IMG/VR virus record: IMGVR_UViG_3300035183_001163
Coordinates: 1-64,000 of that record
DNA length: 64,000 nucleotides
Direction: 5' to 3' (one strand)
Origin: a virus
Numbering within the stretch: the first letter of the stretch is position 1; each line of letters begins with the position of its first letter. The notes beneath the pieces were generated by a model. The model ran no database searches. It saw nothing but the letters and a program-made list of their open reading frames with translations, and was not told the DNA's origin. The position numbers were made by a program, and so were the translations under genes. Shown in pieces: positions 39,801 to 49,325 of the stretch.

Positions 39801-40496
39801 CTCTCGCCGCTCGCGGCGACGGCTGCGGGAGAAGAAACCTTCTCTGGCGCGGCCAACTTGGCCCTCGCGCCCCTCAATTCCACGGCGGCCGCAGAGCAGC
39901 GCTTCACGGGCTCCGCGACCCTTGCGCTCCAGTCCCTCGCCGGCGAGGCGAGCGGCAACGCGCTCAACCCGGTCACGGGCACGGCCTCGCTTGCGCTCCA
40001 GCCGCTCGCGAGCACCGCGGCGGGCGCGGAGACGTTCTCGGGCGCGGCGGCGTTGTCGCTCTCGTCGCTCTCGCCGGCGGGTGTCGGAGGAAGCGCGGTC
40101 ACCGGCACGGCCATCCTGGCGCTGTCGCCGCTCGACGTCTCCGGCTCGGGCGTGTACGTCCCGCCGCCGGTCACGGGCACCGCGACGCTCGCCCTCAGCC
40201 CGTTCGCCGGCCTCGCGTTCGCCCAGCAGCGCTTCACCGGCTCCGCGCAGCTCGCGCTCTCGTCGCTCGTCATCGACGGTGCGGCGTTCTACTTCACTGA
40301 GCCGCCGCCTCCGAAGCCGGGCGTGGCGCGCATCTTCGTCCAGCCCAAGGCGCGCGCTCGCGTCGTCCTCGGCGCGGTGGCGCTCGCGTCCGTCCTCGAA
40401 GCCGCGTCGAAGGCGCGCGCGAGCAGCGTCCTCGGCCCGACGGCGAAGGCGACGACGGCTCCGACTCCGAAGGGACGCGCGAAGCCCAAGGCGTGA
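36813..40496 (+). CDS. Long fibre-like virion protein: beta-rich (LamG/lectin-like) N-terminal half plus repetitive shaft
   Basis: DGVDDYL-type motif, aromatic beta-rich N-half, about 28 tandem 21-aa repeats. Confidence 0.7.
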   Translation: MFGIDAGNLGWDNGEREFGHAPVERPAWEDDPSLYPIKSAGMGFAAILDANDSARITINGGTVRKWESSVISPWKPYGDAVPLRWTFRGFVSEVACPTMGGDTTPAGSSYVYFGGSHRMRSGISAAITEVYNAGAYAIGGGIATWPATNTTPGWDFTQGTAGNQPTDVGGAPRGDGVDDYLDAAGITVDDLMQTTGVAGTATFLVYPLAALPAVLGTNTAQSPYSNPAVFSDGLGYVGVHVHDAGVTFGAYDGVGRDLGGGPNDGWQMVTVMPPSSVIVNNYLLIQIRWDGTAGTMELRVGDAASGTMSAWSSAAFGGVQVTTGVPRLFGNYALSAMFEGYIYAHEYYAGVLEDERADEQLRDVQARVGVNCGAPSLGIADAEKALAPDGSGSVEGTIVWTVSRLDTWTVGSTLGYDAKGVWSTSAYWLGLNAVQQSGVPKHASAFFDAGGADGRALFVNTGFSEWHLTTQRQDRGRHKLHKDGDLTTLQQSAANLDGNPNAGGQYIFFGYGAGGADYMQGGVALWMVAATTGWEDARIRDVDRWAMAEFVTAAAVNITGTGSLALSPLSLSASGQVRFIGTATHTLSSLSSSANGVETFTGTATCALQPLSGAASGAETFTGTATLAASPLSSSATGSETFSGTCSLSLSSLSSSGSGQLRFTGTGTCALSPLSSSATGAETFSGSATHALQPFSSSASGVNTPPPVTGTCSLALSPLSSSGTALETFTGTCALALSSLSGTGSGAETFSGSATLAASPLASSASGNVANPVTGTATLACSPLSSSASGIETFSGSATLAASSLSAAATGAETFSGTCSLDLQPLASTGSGVVANPVTGTASLTCSPLSASAVAIETFTGTASLALSPLSSQGTGAETFTGTASLALAPLLGDASGNVANPVTGTATLDLKSLGLDAVGAWGVSGTATLALQALSSSGAGAETFAGAAALDLRPLDASATGAETFTGAATLALSPLSAEGAGGQGVFFTGTGSLALSPLAATAAGEETFSGAANLALAPLNSTAAAEQRFTGSATLALQSLAGEASGNALNPVTGTASLALQPLASTAAGAETFSGAAALSLSSLSPAGVGGSAVTGTAILALSPLDVSGSGVYVPPPVTGTATLALSPFAGLAFAQQRFTGSAQLALSSLVIDGAAFYFTEPPPPKPGVARIFVQPKARARVVLGAVALASVLEAASKARASSVLGPTAKATTAPTPKGRAKPKA
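38481..40286 (+). repeat. Degenerate coding tandem repeat, about 28 units of about 63 bp (ETFTGTATLALSPLSSSATG)
   Basis: Counted in the translation; longer NPVTG/PPVTG units recur about every third repeat. Confidence 0.85.
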
Positions 40497-40508
40497 TACC
40501 ATCGGCCC

Positions 40509-40841
40509 ATGGCCGACTTCTCCATCAAGCGCAACGACCGGCGGCCGTACATCCGCATGTCGCTCGGCTACGACGACGGGAGCGCGGCCAACCTCGCGTT
40601 CGCGACCGGCGTGCGCTTTCTCATGCGCGAGTGCAAGACGGGGAAGCTCAAGGTCAGCGCGGCGGCCATCGTGGTCGACGCCGAGACCGGCCTCGTGGAG
40701 TACCAGTGGGCCGTCGGCGACACGAACACCCCCGGCAAGTACGACGTGGAGTGGGAAGTGACGTGGGGGGACGGCAAGCCCCAGACCTTCCCCGGCGAGG
40801 GGTACAACACCGTCGAGGTCACCGCCGACCTCGGCCCGTAG
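40509..40841 (+). CDS. BppU N-terminal-like Ig-fold structural protein
   Basis: IKRNDRRP, VRFLM, DAETGLVEYQW..GDT..PGKY..EWEVTW.DG..TFP. Confidence 0.7.
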   Translation: MADFSIKRNDRRPYIRMSLGYDDGSAANLAFATGVRFLMRECKTGKLKVSAAAIVVDAETGLVEYQWAVGDTNTPGKYDVEWEVTWGDGKPQTFPGEGYNTVEVTADLGP

Positions 40842-40848
40842 GTGTACC

Positions 40849-41477
40849 GTGGACGCCCCACCTATCTTCCGTCCGTCGGATTGGGTTCTGGCCGACGGAG
40901 GCCGCGGGCTCGCGAGCGACATCGTGGTCATCACGAGCGCGGCGGCGCACGAGCTGCGCGTGTTCGGCTTCCACCCCGACCCCGCGACGGAGGCCCACGG
41001 CTTCTCTGGCGCGTACCTCGCGCCGCGCTGGCTGCTCGAATTCGTCGGCGCCACCGTCCTACACGCGAACGTACGCCCGTACGGCCCGAGCGACCCCGTG
41101 GCGACCGCGCTCGCCGACGCGCTCGTGGAGCGCGCGGAGCGCGTCATCCAGCGGGGGCTCGACGACCCGGCGTGGGCGGCCGCGATGCTCGTCGCGCTCC
41201 AGGTCGGCGGGCTCCCCGCGGTCGCGCCGATGCTCGGGGGCCGATAGTGCCGCGCCGGTACTCCACCGTCCACGTCGCACGCGGAGCGACGGCACCCGAG
41301 GCGCTCTCCGCGCTGCTCGCCGACCTCGCCGCGACGGTCCCCGACGCGGACCCGGACACCGTGCTCGTCATCCAGGCGCGCGCGGAGCACGACGGCTCCG
41401 GCTTCGTCGCGACCGCGACGCTCTGGCGGTACGACCGGCTGCCGCCGGAGCTGGCGGAGACGGTACGGCCCCGCTAG
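40849..41477 (+). CDS. Two hypothetical genes (40849-41247 P-x-W family; 41247-41477)
   Basis: LAPRWLLEF..DPAWAAAML; tiled ORFs. Confidence 0.55.
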
Positions 41478-41545
41478 CCCGGTACTGGGCTGAGCTTTTT
41501 CGCGCCGGATTCCTCAAGGAATCCGACCCCGTTGGGGTGTGAATA

Positions 41546-41637
41546 GAAAAAAGAGACTCGGAAGACTTGCAAGAGTACGAAGCCGGCCGTAAGCTCTCTG
41601 AACCGGCGCAAAGAACGCCGCGAAGGAGAAGACGACG
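41546..41637 (+). promoter_or_regulatory. Sigma70-type promoter cassette, copy 2
   Basis: Near-identical to 25981-26071; TTGCAA 41567-41572, 17 bp, TAAGCT 41590-41595. Confidence 0.8.
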
Positions 41638-42755
41638 ATGGCCAAGCAGCGCACTCTGAAGAGCATCCAGTGGGGCGAGACGTTCCGCGTGGTGGGGTCC
41701 ACCGACTCCCGCTGGCACGTCGCGAAGCACGGCGCGCTCAAGTGCGGCCAGGGCTACGTCCGCATCACGACGACGTCGACGGCGCGCGAGATTGGCCAGC
41801 CGGAGCACGTCGTCAACATGCACGGCTCGACGCCGGTGGAGGTCCAGTGAGCGCCGCAGTCAAGGCAGCGTTCCGCGCGTGGTGCGCGCGGATGGGGTAC
41901 AAGCCCGTGCTCTCCGTCCACGCGCTCTCGCCCGTCGGCGTCGCGGCGCTCCGCTGCCGCAAGGGCTCCTACTCCGTCGAGGTGTCGACGGAGTTGGCGC
42001 CGTCGCAGGAGGCCGTCCGCGCGTCCGGCGCCACGCACGGCTACGCGTACCCGCTCCTCAACAAGCCCGAAGCGGCCGCGCTCGCGTTCTTCGGAGGTGC
42101 GTCGTGAAGCCGAAACTGCGCGCCTTCGTCGTCTGCGCGGAGTGGAACGGCAACCCGTTCACGCGGGAGCTGCTCGACGTCGACGCCGCGAACGAAGCCG
42201 AAGCCCGCCGCATCGCGCAGCGCACGATGGACGACGACTACGAACCCGGCGGCGTCATCGTCGGCGTCGAGGAGCGTCGCCCCGACGGTGGCTGGAACGT
42301 CTCGTCCTTCACGTTCCCGGTGGACTCCCATGGGTGACACCGACCGGCCGCCGTGCTTGCCGCACGTCTGCGCCTGCGGCGCGACGTACACGGCTGAAGA
42401 GTGGTGGGCGCTCCCGTTCCCCGCGAGCGGCATCGACCTCTGGGATGACGGCGTCGTCGCGCTCCGGCTCCGCAACTGCCGGAAGTGCGGGACGACGTTC
42501 GCGCAGGTGCTCCCGGAGAGCGCCGCGGCGCTCGTCGTCCAGGCCGTAGCAGCCTCGCCGTTCAGGCACCTGGGCGTCGAGGAGCCGGCGCTCGTGTCCC
42601 GTCTCCGGGACATCTACGGGCTGGAGCCGCGCGACGTCCGCGCTGGGCTCGCGCTCGCGGTGCTCGACGGCCGGCTCAGCCCGACGACTCCGCGCCGCGC
42701 GGACGTTCCGCCGAACGTGCTGGCGTACGTCTTCGTGCGGCAGAATCCCCGCTAG
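41638..42755 (+). CDS. Four small putative early genes (41638-41850, 41847-42107, 42104-42337, 42330-42755)
   Basis: Tiled ORFs after the promoter; the last has CACG..CRKC zinc ribbon. Confidence 0.6.
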
Positions 42756-42784
42756 TTTCGACCAATTACCAAGAATCGACCGCG

Positions 42785-42858
42785 GAAGACTTGCAAGAGT
42801 CGGAAGAATCCGTATGCTCTATTGGGTCGGCGCGAAGACGCCGCAAAGGAGCCCAACG
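42785..42858 (+). promoter_or_regulatory. Sigma70-type promoter cassette, copy 3 (diverged)
   Basis: GAAGAC-TTGCAA 42791-42796, 16 bp, TATGCT 42813-42818, AAGGAG, ATG 42859. Confidence 0.75.
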
Positions 42859-45291
42859 ATGAAGACCCGCGAGCAGCTCATCCAGGAAGCCAACGACGCC
42901 GTCTCCGCGTTCCCGCAGTACCGCGGCCGCTTCGACGGCATGCAGGTCGGCGTCGCGAAGCGCGATGTCACGACGAAGCTCGGGCTGGCGGTCGCCAAGG
43001 GCGAGCGCGTCCTGTTCGAGCGCAATGAGCGCGACGGGGACACGTTCTGGAGCGCGCGCAACGCGTGCCTCACCGGCGTCCCCCGCGGCTACATCGTCGA
43101 GGCGTTCGACGCCGTCGAGGTCGCGTACCGCGTTCCCGGCAAGGCGCCGCGCCGCCGCGTGCTCAAGACGCAGCGCGCGATGGACGCGTTCCTCGCGAAG
43201 CTCTCCGACGACGGCGGCGAGGTGCTCGCGTACGCGAAGCCGGAGGGCTCGTCGTGAGCGACATCGTCGGGCCGGCGGCGCGCATCGTCGCGCAGATGCT
43301 CGCGGCGCTCCGCGCTCGTCCGGAGTACCACTTCACGCGGCGCGAATGCACCGGGTGCGGGATGCCCGTCGAGCGCGGGCGCTTCGCCGACCACGTGAAG
43401 ACGAAGCGGTGCCAGCAGGCAACGGCCGTCAAGCGGCTCAAGGCTGCTCGGTGGTCGTCGTCGTGGAGCGCGCGGTCGAAGCTGCGGGCGCTCGGCCTCC
43501 CGTTCATCGACTGGCCGACGGTGAAGGACTCGCGCGGCTCGCTCACCGACGACGGATGGGCGCCCGAGTGGGCGGCGTGGTTCGCGCGCGAGTGGCCGAT
43601 GGTGAAGCCGGACCTGGCCGACGTCCGCGCGGGCCGCTGCGACAGCTCGGAGGTCCCGAAGGACCAGGCGTCGATGCGGCTCTTCCTGGAGCGCGCGATG
43701 GCCGACGTGACGACGATGAAGGCGCTGCTCGCCGTCTTCGACATGTACCCCGTCGACGAGGATGAATCGTGTAGCGTCCGGCGCGACGCGAACAAGCGCC
43801 GCGTCGACGCCATCGCGCTGCTCGCGCGCGAAGTCTTCGCGCCGCCGACTCCGCCGGAGCAGGAGTGGCAGCTCACCGTCCTCTCGCGCTTCGACGAGGT
43901 GCGGTGATGGCCGTCCCCACCGTCAAGAAGCCGCCGGCGGCGCTGTCGGATGCCGAGGTCGAAGCGTCGCTCCCCGAGGGCGTGCGCTCCGACCACAACA
44001 GCCCTCCGCCGGGCTGGAAGCCGTTTCCGTACCCCATCCCGAAGACGGCCGCGGAGGCCGAGGCCGCCGGATGGCGCGTCGCGGGTCCGCTGCTCTCCGG
44101 CCCGAACAGCGGCATCAGCTCCGCCGTCGAGCACATATGGACCGCGCTCGTGTGCGCGCCGCCGTTCTCGGACACGCTCCCGCTCCGCATCGTCTGGTTC
44201 CGGGCGCCGGGCTGGTACGAGAAGGACCTGGGCCGCGACGCGCGCGGACGACGCCGGACGCGCAAGTACAAGGTCAGCGCGGAGAGCGTCTGCCGGCTCG
44301 TGAAGCGGCGCTACGGGGACCGGCTCCTCTGGGCGCAGCGCGCGTTCGGGCTCCGGCGCTTCGGCGACGCACGCACGAGCGTCCACTATCGGCTCCCGCC
44401 GCACGTCTACGACGCATGGAGCTTCGTCGTGCGCTTTCTCCGCGTCGGCAGCGCGGAGCAGCGCGCGCTGGGCGCGGAGGCGGCGCTGTACGCGCACACG
44501 TACGGCCCCGACGCGCTCCGGACGCTCCAGAGCACGATGGACCTCGAAGGCCCCGGCGGCGTCCGTACGCTGCTCCTCACGTGGTGGAGGTTCACGTGAA
44601 CGTCGTCACTCCCCGAGGGCTCCGGCGCGGCGTCATGCAGCCGTGGAGCGAGCCGCACGACGTCCCCTTCACGAAGGACGCCGTGTACCCCTTCCCCGCC
44701 GACTACTACGCGCGCCGGACGCCGCGCGGAGAGCGCCAGTTGAAGTGCCTCGTGTGCGACCGCGTCCTCCTCGAACGCGGATGGGAGGCGCACGTCGAGA
44801 CGTACCACCACCGCGCCGGCGTCTTCGCGCGAGACGCGCGCCGCCGCGGGCTTCGGCTTCTCGGGCCGTTCGCGCCGGAGTCGTCGCGGTACGAGGAGTG
44901 GCGCGTCGAGGCGTGGATGGACTTGCTGCTCCGCGGCCGCGTGCGCATCGAGCTGCTCCCGACGCGGACGGCCTTTGGCCGCCGACGCCCGGGGAAGGCG
45001 CCCGACCGGCGCGCGGTCTGGGTCCCGTTCTGGGCCTACAAGCTGCTCGACGGCTCCGGGTACGAGCGCGAAGAGCGCCCGGACATGGTCGGCGGGCCGC
45101 TCGTGACGCTGCTCCGGTGGGGGTCGCGCGACGACGAGACGGGCGCGGCGCTTCTCGCGCTCGCGAAGCTCGTGAACGGGCCGGATGAGTACCGCCAGAA
45201 GGTGGTTGAACTCTACGAATCCATACACCTAATTCCGGCTGGCCGAAAAAAGAGATTCGGAAGACTTGCAAGAGTACGAAGCCGGAATTAG
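42859..45291 (+). CDS. Four hypothetical genes (42859-43257, 43254-43907, 43907-44599, 44596-45291); two have zinc fingers and P-x-W motif
   Basis: CTGC..H..C with WAPEWAAWF; CLVC..H..HH with WVPFWAYKL. Confidence 0.6.
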
Positions 45292-45332
45292 GCTTCTCTG
45301 TACGGCCCGAAGCGGCCGCAAAGGAGAGCCCG
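45245..45332 (+). promoter_or_regulatory. Sigma70-type promoter cassette, copy 4
   Basis: A-tract, TTGCAA 45266-45271, 17 bp, TAGGCT 45289-45294, AAGGAG, ATG 45333. Confidence 0.8.
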
Positions 45333-45542
45333 ATGCCCGTTCCCGTCAGCCACGTTCGCGTCTCGACCAGCCAGTATCGCGCCGCCCACGGCCGCGAGCC
45401 CCGCGGCGAGGGGCTCTGGGTCTTCCAGTTCGCCGGCGAGAGCGTCACCCGCAGCTTCTACGGCTCCTTCCCCGAGGCGCGCCGCGAGGCGACCCGCGCC
45501 GCTGCCCGCTACGGCGTCCGCTCGGTGGAGGTGTGCTCGTGA
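45333..45542 (+). CDS. Small putative early protein
   Basis: Follows promoter and RBS; HGREPRGEGLWVF. Confidence 0.6.
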   Translation: MPVPVSHVRVSTSQYRAAHGREPRGEGLWVFQFAGESVTRSFYGSFPEARREATRAAARYGVRSVEVCS

Positions 45543-46168
45543 GCGGCGGGTACGAGAACGCGCCCGCGACGAAGCTCGTCGCGACGTTCTGCGCTTGCTG
45601 CTCGCGGCCGCTGGTCGACGCGCTCTCCGTCGAGACGGGCGTTGGCCCCGAGTGCCGCAAGAAGCACGGCTTCACCCAGCCCGACGTCGCGGTGGACGTC
45701 GTCGCGGTCGTCTCGGCGCTCGCCGCGACGCTCCCCGTCGACGTCTACATGGAGCTGACCGCGAAGGCGGCGCTCAGCACGGAGGCGCGCGCTTGCGCGA
45801 ACGTGCTCGTGTACCGCATCGCGTGCGAGCAGGACGGGCCGCTCGTCGCCGCGTACGTCGCCGCGCTCGACAAGCTGGGCTTCAAGAAGCTCGCGGAGCG
45901 CATCGCGCGCCGCATCGGCAAGGTCGAGGTCTTCGAGGACGGCTCCGGCTTCTGGGTCGTGAAGACGCCGTTCAACGAGACGTTCGTGTCGCTCGTGCGC
46001 GGGCTCCCCGGCCGCCGCTACGACGCGGAGAAGAAGGCCAACCGCATCCCCGTCCCGCAGCTCCCGAGCGAGAAGACGCGCGTGCGCCAGATGCTCTGGG
46101 GCGCGCTCAAGCGCTCCTTCCGCGCCGGCACGGTCGTCTACGGGGACCGCGGCGTCGCGGTGCTCTGA
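45539..46168 (+). CDS. DUF6011-like zinc-binding protein
   Basis: CACCSRPLVDALSVETGVGPECRKK. Confidence 0.65.
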   Translation: MSGGYENAPATKLVATFCACCSRPLVDALSVETGVGPECRKKHGFTQPDVAVDVVAVVSALAATLPVDVYMELTAKAALSTEARACANVLVYRIACEQDGPLVAAYVAALDKLGFKKLAERIARRIGKVEVFEDGSGFWVVKTPFNETFVSLVRGLPGRRYDAEKKANRIPVPQLPSEKTRVRQMLWGALKRSFRAGTVVYGDRGVAVL

Positions 46169-46238
46169 CCGCGCTGCTCGCCGCTCCGGCCCACCGTGCT
46201 TCGGCGCGGTGGGCATTCGGCGTCAGAGGACCCCACGA

Positions 46239-46730
46239 ATGCCTACCTATGCCGACCGCCTGAACGCCATCGCCGACGAGCTGGAGACGCTCGCGGCCGG
46301 CCTGAACACCCATTCGACGGAGTGCGGGAGCTGCGGCTCGCATCGCTTCGACGCGTACGAGGAGGAGCTGGCCGCGAGGAAGCTGCTCGGCTACGCCGAC
46401 TCCCTCCGCGGGCTCCGCGACACGCGCACCGGCCGCAAGAAGGACGGGCCGCTCGCGGCGTTCCTCTCGCGCGAGGCGCCCACCGACCGCGCGAACGCGA
46501 AGTGGGACGCGCTCTGGGCGCGGCTCGACGCCGGGGACGACATGCTCGCCGTGGCGGAGGACGTCGAGGGGCTCATCCTGAACAACGAGCACACCGCGCC
46601 GCGCGCTGCTCGCGTGCTCGCGCGCATCAATCCGTGGCTCCGGGAGCAGGGCATCGCGCCGGGCCGCCGGACGCTCCAGGACGTGCGCCGGTCGCGCTCG
46701 ACGTCGCCGGCTCCTCCGTCCAGGGAATAA
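46239..46730 (+). CDS. Hypothetical protein
   Basis: GAGG RBS; CGSC. Confidence 0.55.
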   Translation: MPTYADRLNAIADELETLAAGLNTHSTECGSCGSHRFDAYEEELAARKLLGYADSLRGLRDTRTGRKKDGPLAAFLSREAPTDRANAKWDALWARLDAGDDMLAVAEDVEGLILNNEHTAPRAARVLARINPWLREQGIAPGRRTLQDVRRSRSTSPAPPSRE

Positions 46731-46768
46731 CGGCTCAGCCGTTGCCGTCCATCGGTCGGAGGACACCT

Positions 46769-47398
46769 ATGCGCACCTACATCGCCATCGCTCTCGCCGC
46801 CGCGCTCGTCGCGTGCGGCTCGGACAAGACGGGCTCCACGGGCTCCGCGACGACGCTCGCGGCTCCGACGTGCGAGCCGCAGAACACGCCGCCGGGTGCC
46901 GTCGCGAGCGGCCCGGCCGGCCCCGAGGGGCCGATGGGACCGCCAGGCCCTCCGGGACCGCCAGGCCCTCCGGGAAAGGACGGCGCGGCCGCAGAGAAGG
47001 GAGACCCCGGAGACCCGGGACCGGCCGGCCCGATGGGTCCGGTGGGGCCGATGGGTCCTCCCGGTCCGCCCGGTGCTCCGGGACCGATGGGTCCGGCGGG
47101 CGCCGACGGCACGCAGGTGACTCGCGCGACGGTGTACACCGTCAACTCGCCGTCTCCGGCGTTCACGCAGGCCGGCTTCGCCGACGTCTACGCGACGTGC
47201 CTCAGCAACAAGGACGTCCTGCTCGCCGGCTCGTGCGCGACGAGCAATCCCTTCACACTCCCGGTCACGTCGGGCACGTTCTACAACGACGGCGTGAACA
47301 TGGGCGTCCGCCAGGCATTCCGCTGCCAGGCGCAGCACACCGCGGCGGGGGACTCGGTCATCCTCACCGCCATCGCGCGCTGCCTCCAAGTCCCGTAA
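46769..47398 (+). CDS. Collagen-like putative lipoprotein
   Basis: [16 protein letters not shown] lipobox, about 20 Gly-X-Y triplets, Cys-containing C-terminal domain; GGAGG RBS. Confidence 0.75.
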   Translation: MRTYIAIALAAALVACGSDKTGSTGSATTLAAPTCEPQNTPPGAVASGPAGPEGPMGPPGPPGPPGPPGKDGAAAEKGDPGDPGPAGPMGPVGPMGPPGPPGAPGPMGPAGADGTQVTRATVYTVNSPSPAFTQAGFADVYATCLSNKDVLLAGSCATSNPFTLPVTSGTFYNDGVNMGVRQAFRCQAQHTAAGDSVILTAIARCLQVP

Positions 47399-47428
47399 AG
47401 CGCGAGCAGCGCGCGGGAAGAGACTCGC

Positions 47429-47845
47429 ATGAGCGACATCCCGGACATCACCGTCGAGCAGCTCCGCGCGCGCTTCGACTGGAAGAAGGTCGAGGCGCCC
47501 AAGACGCGGCGCCCGAAGTTCAACGGGGAGGAGCTGCTCGGCTACTACGGCGGCCGGACGCTCCGCAACGGCCGCTTCGGCCAGTACGAGGTCGCGCTCA
47601 TCCACGTCCCGAAGCGCGGCTCCTTCATGCTCTCCGGCGTCCGCCTGATGCAGCTCATCGACGCGGCGCTCATCAGCGAAGGACACCCCATCCGCGTCGT
47701 CTGGGGCGGGACGGTGCCCATTCGCGGCTCCGACCCGGAGGACAAGAAGTACATGAAGATGTACGAGGTGTACGTGGCCGACGGCGAGGTCCTTGAGCAG
47801 GCGTTCGTCTCCGCGGCGACACGGCTCGCGGAGCGCGGCCAGTAA
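47429..47845 (+). CDS. Hypothetical protein, possibly OB-fold ssDNA-binding
   Basis: GEELLGYYGG..L..GHPIRVVWGG..MKMYEVYV beta-rich pattern; function is inference. Confidence 0.45.
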   Translation: MSDIPDITVEQLRARFDWKKVEAPKTRRPKFNGEELLGYYGGRTLRNGRFGQYEVALIHVPKRGSFMLSGVRLMQLIDAALISEGHPIRVVWGGTVPIRGSDPEDKKYMKMYEVYVADGEVLEQAFVSAATRLAERGQ

Positions 47846-48505
47846 TGCCCTGGCCGCTGCTCCGGGGAATCGACGCGACCGCCATCCGACAGAGCGCGAA
47901 GCAGGAGGCCGCGACGACGGAGATGGACCGCCTCGTCGGCGTCGTCGGCGGGGACGCGCGCCTGAACCAGCTCGCCACCGCGCTGCTCCGCCGCATCATC
48001 GCGAAGCAGAACGGCGTGACCGCGGAGTACCTCGCCAAGCGCTTCGCTCGCGACGCGAGCGGCGACGAGGTGCGCGCGGCGCTCTTCGTCCTCCAGTCGG
48101 CGGGGTCCGTCGCGACGTTCCAGGACGCCGGTGAGACGTGGTACGTCGGCGGGCCTATCGCGAAGCGGCTCGGGTTCCTCTAGCGCTCGCGGAGCCCGCC
48201 GGGCGCGCGGTACGCTTCGAGGCTTGAAGCGCATCTACACGACGTGCCGCGACCTCGCCCTCAAGCTCCAGGATGCCGGCGTCCCCGTCGAGCATCGGCG
48301 CGAAGGCCGCGTCCTCCAGTTCTGGTACCCCGCGTGGGCCGGTCGCGCCCAGCAGCTCATCAAAGCCGCCGGCATCCCTGCTCCGTCGCGCCGCGCGGTG
48401 CTCGCGGCGCTCGCCCACGACGCCGACCGGCGCGCGGCGCTGGAGGCGCTCGACGCCGCCGGCGCGGCCGACCGCGTGCGGCTCTTCCTGCTCTCGCTCG
48501 CGTGA
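47845..48505 (+). CDS. Two hypothetical genes (47845-48183 winged-helix-like; 48224-48505 P-x-W family)
   Basis: ALFVLQSAGSV; WYPAWAGRA..DADRRAALEAL. Confidence 0.55.
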
Positions 48506-48518
48506 TACGCTGGCGGCC

Positions 48519-49079
48519 ATGTCCGCCACGTACGACTTCATCCAGGCCCGCAACTTCACGCCGGCGGCGCGCCAGCGCATCGACCTCATCGTTATCCACA
48601 CGATGGAGGCGCCGGAGAAACCGGGGACGGCGCGGAACGTCGCGCGGTGGTTCGCCGGCAAGGACGCGCCGCGCGCGAGCGCCCACTACTGCATCGACGA
48701 CCGCGAGGTCATCCAGTGCGTGAAGGACACCGACGTCGCGTGGCACGCGCCCGGCGCGAACAGCAACGGCATCGGCCTCGAACACGCGGGCTACGCGCGG
48801 CAAAAGCCGGAGGACTGGCTCGACGCGTACTCCCTCGCGGTGCTGGAGCACTCGGCGGTCATCGCCGCGCAGCTCGTCCTGAAGTGGGACATCCCCGTGT
48901 GCAAGCTCACGCCGGAGCAGCTCCAGATGGGCCAGCGCGGCTTCTGCGGGCACAAGGACGTGACCGACGCCTTCAACAAGGGGCACGGCCACTGGGACCC
49001 CGGCCCGCACTTCCCGTGGGAGCGGTACCTCACGCGCGTCGGTGAACTGACGATGGCTTCGGAGTCTCTCTCCAGGTAG
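48519..49079 (+). CDS. N-acetylmuramoyl-L-alanine amidase (Amidase_2), probable endolysin
   Basis: IVIHTME, ASAHY, AWHA, NSNGIGLEH, GHKD, HWDPG. Confidence 0.9.
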   Translation: MSATYDFIQARNFTPAARQRIDLIVIHTMEAPEKPGTARNVARWFAGKDAPRASAHYCIDDREVIQCVKDTDVAWHAPGANSNGIGLEHAGYARQKPEDWLDAYSLAVLEHSAVIAAQLVLKWDIPVCKLTPEQLQMGQRGFCGHKDVTDAFNKGHGHWDPGPHFPWERYLTRVGELTMASESLSR

Positions 49080-49088
49080 AGTGCGCTC

Positions 49089-49325
49089 ATGCACCGCGTC
49101 CGCCTCTTCGTCCTCCCGTACGGCGCAGCCCCGAACGTCGCGGCCGTCGAGGAGCCCGGCTTCGACATCCCGACGATGGGAGACGACGAAGCGCGCGCGG
49201 AGATTCGCTCGCGGCTCGTCGCGCGCGGCTTCACCGTCCGCGCCGTCTCCGCGAGCGCCGGAGACGCGGGCGCCGCCCAGCCCTACGTCGCCACCGTCGT
49301 CGCGCCGAAGCCGGAGGCGTCGTGA
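49089..49325 (+). CDS. Hypothetical protein
   Basis: TAGAGT-N6-ATG; GTGA overlap with portal. Confidence 0.55.
   Translation: MHRVRLFVLPYGAAPNVAAVEEPGFDIPTMGDDEARAEIRSRLVARGFTVRAVSASAGDAGAAQPYVATVVAPKPEAS

Noticed and set aside
38481-40286. Diversity-generating retroelement or invertible repeats in the fibre gene
   Set aside because: No reverse transcriptase or invertase in the window and no template/variable repeat pair seen; these are ordinary degenerate coding repeats
25981-45332. Repeated 90-bp sequence as a CRISPR array or attachment site
   Set aside because: Copies are kilobases apart with no spacer periodicity, no cas or integrase genes are present, and a promoter plus RBS explains the repeat
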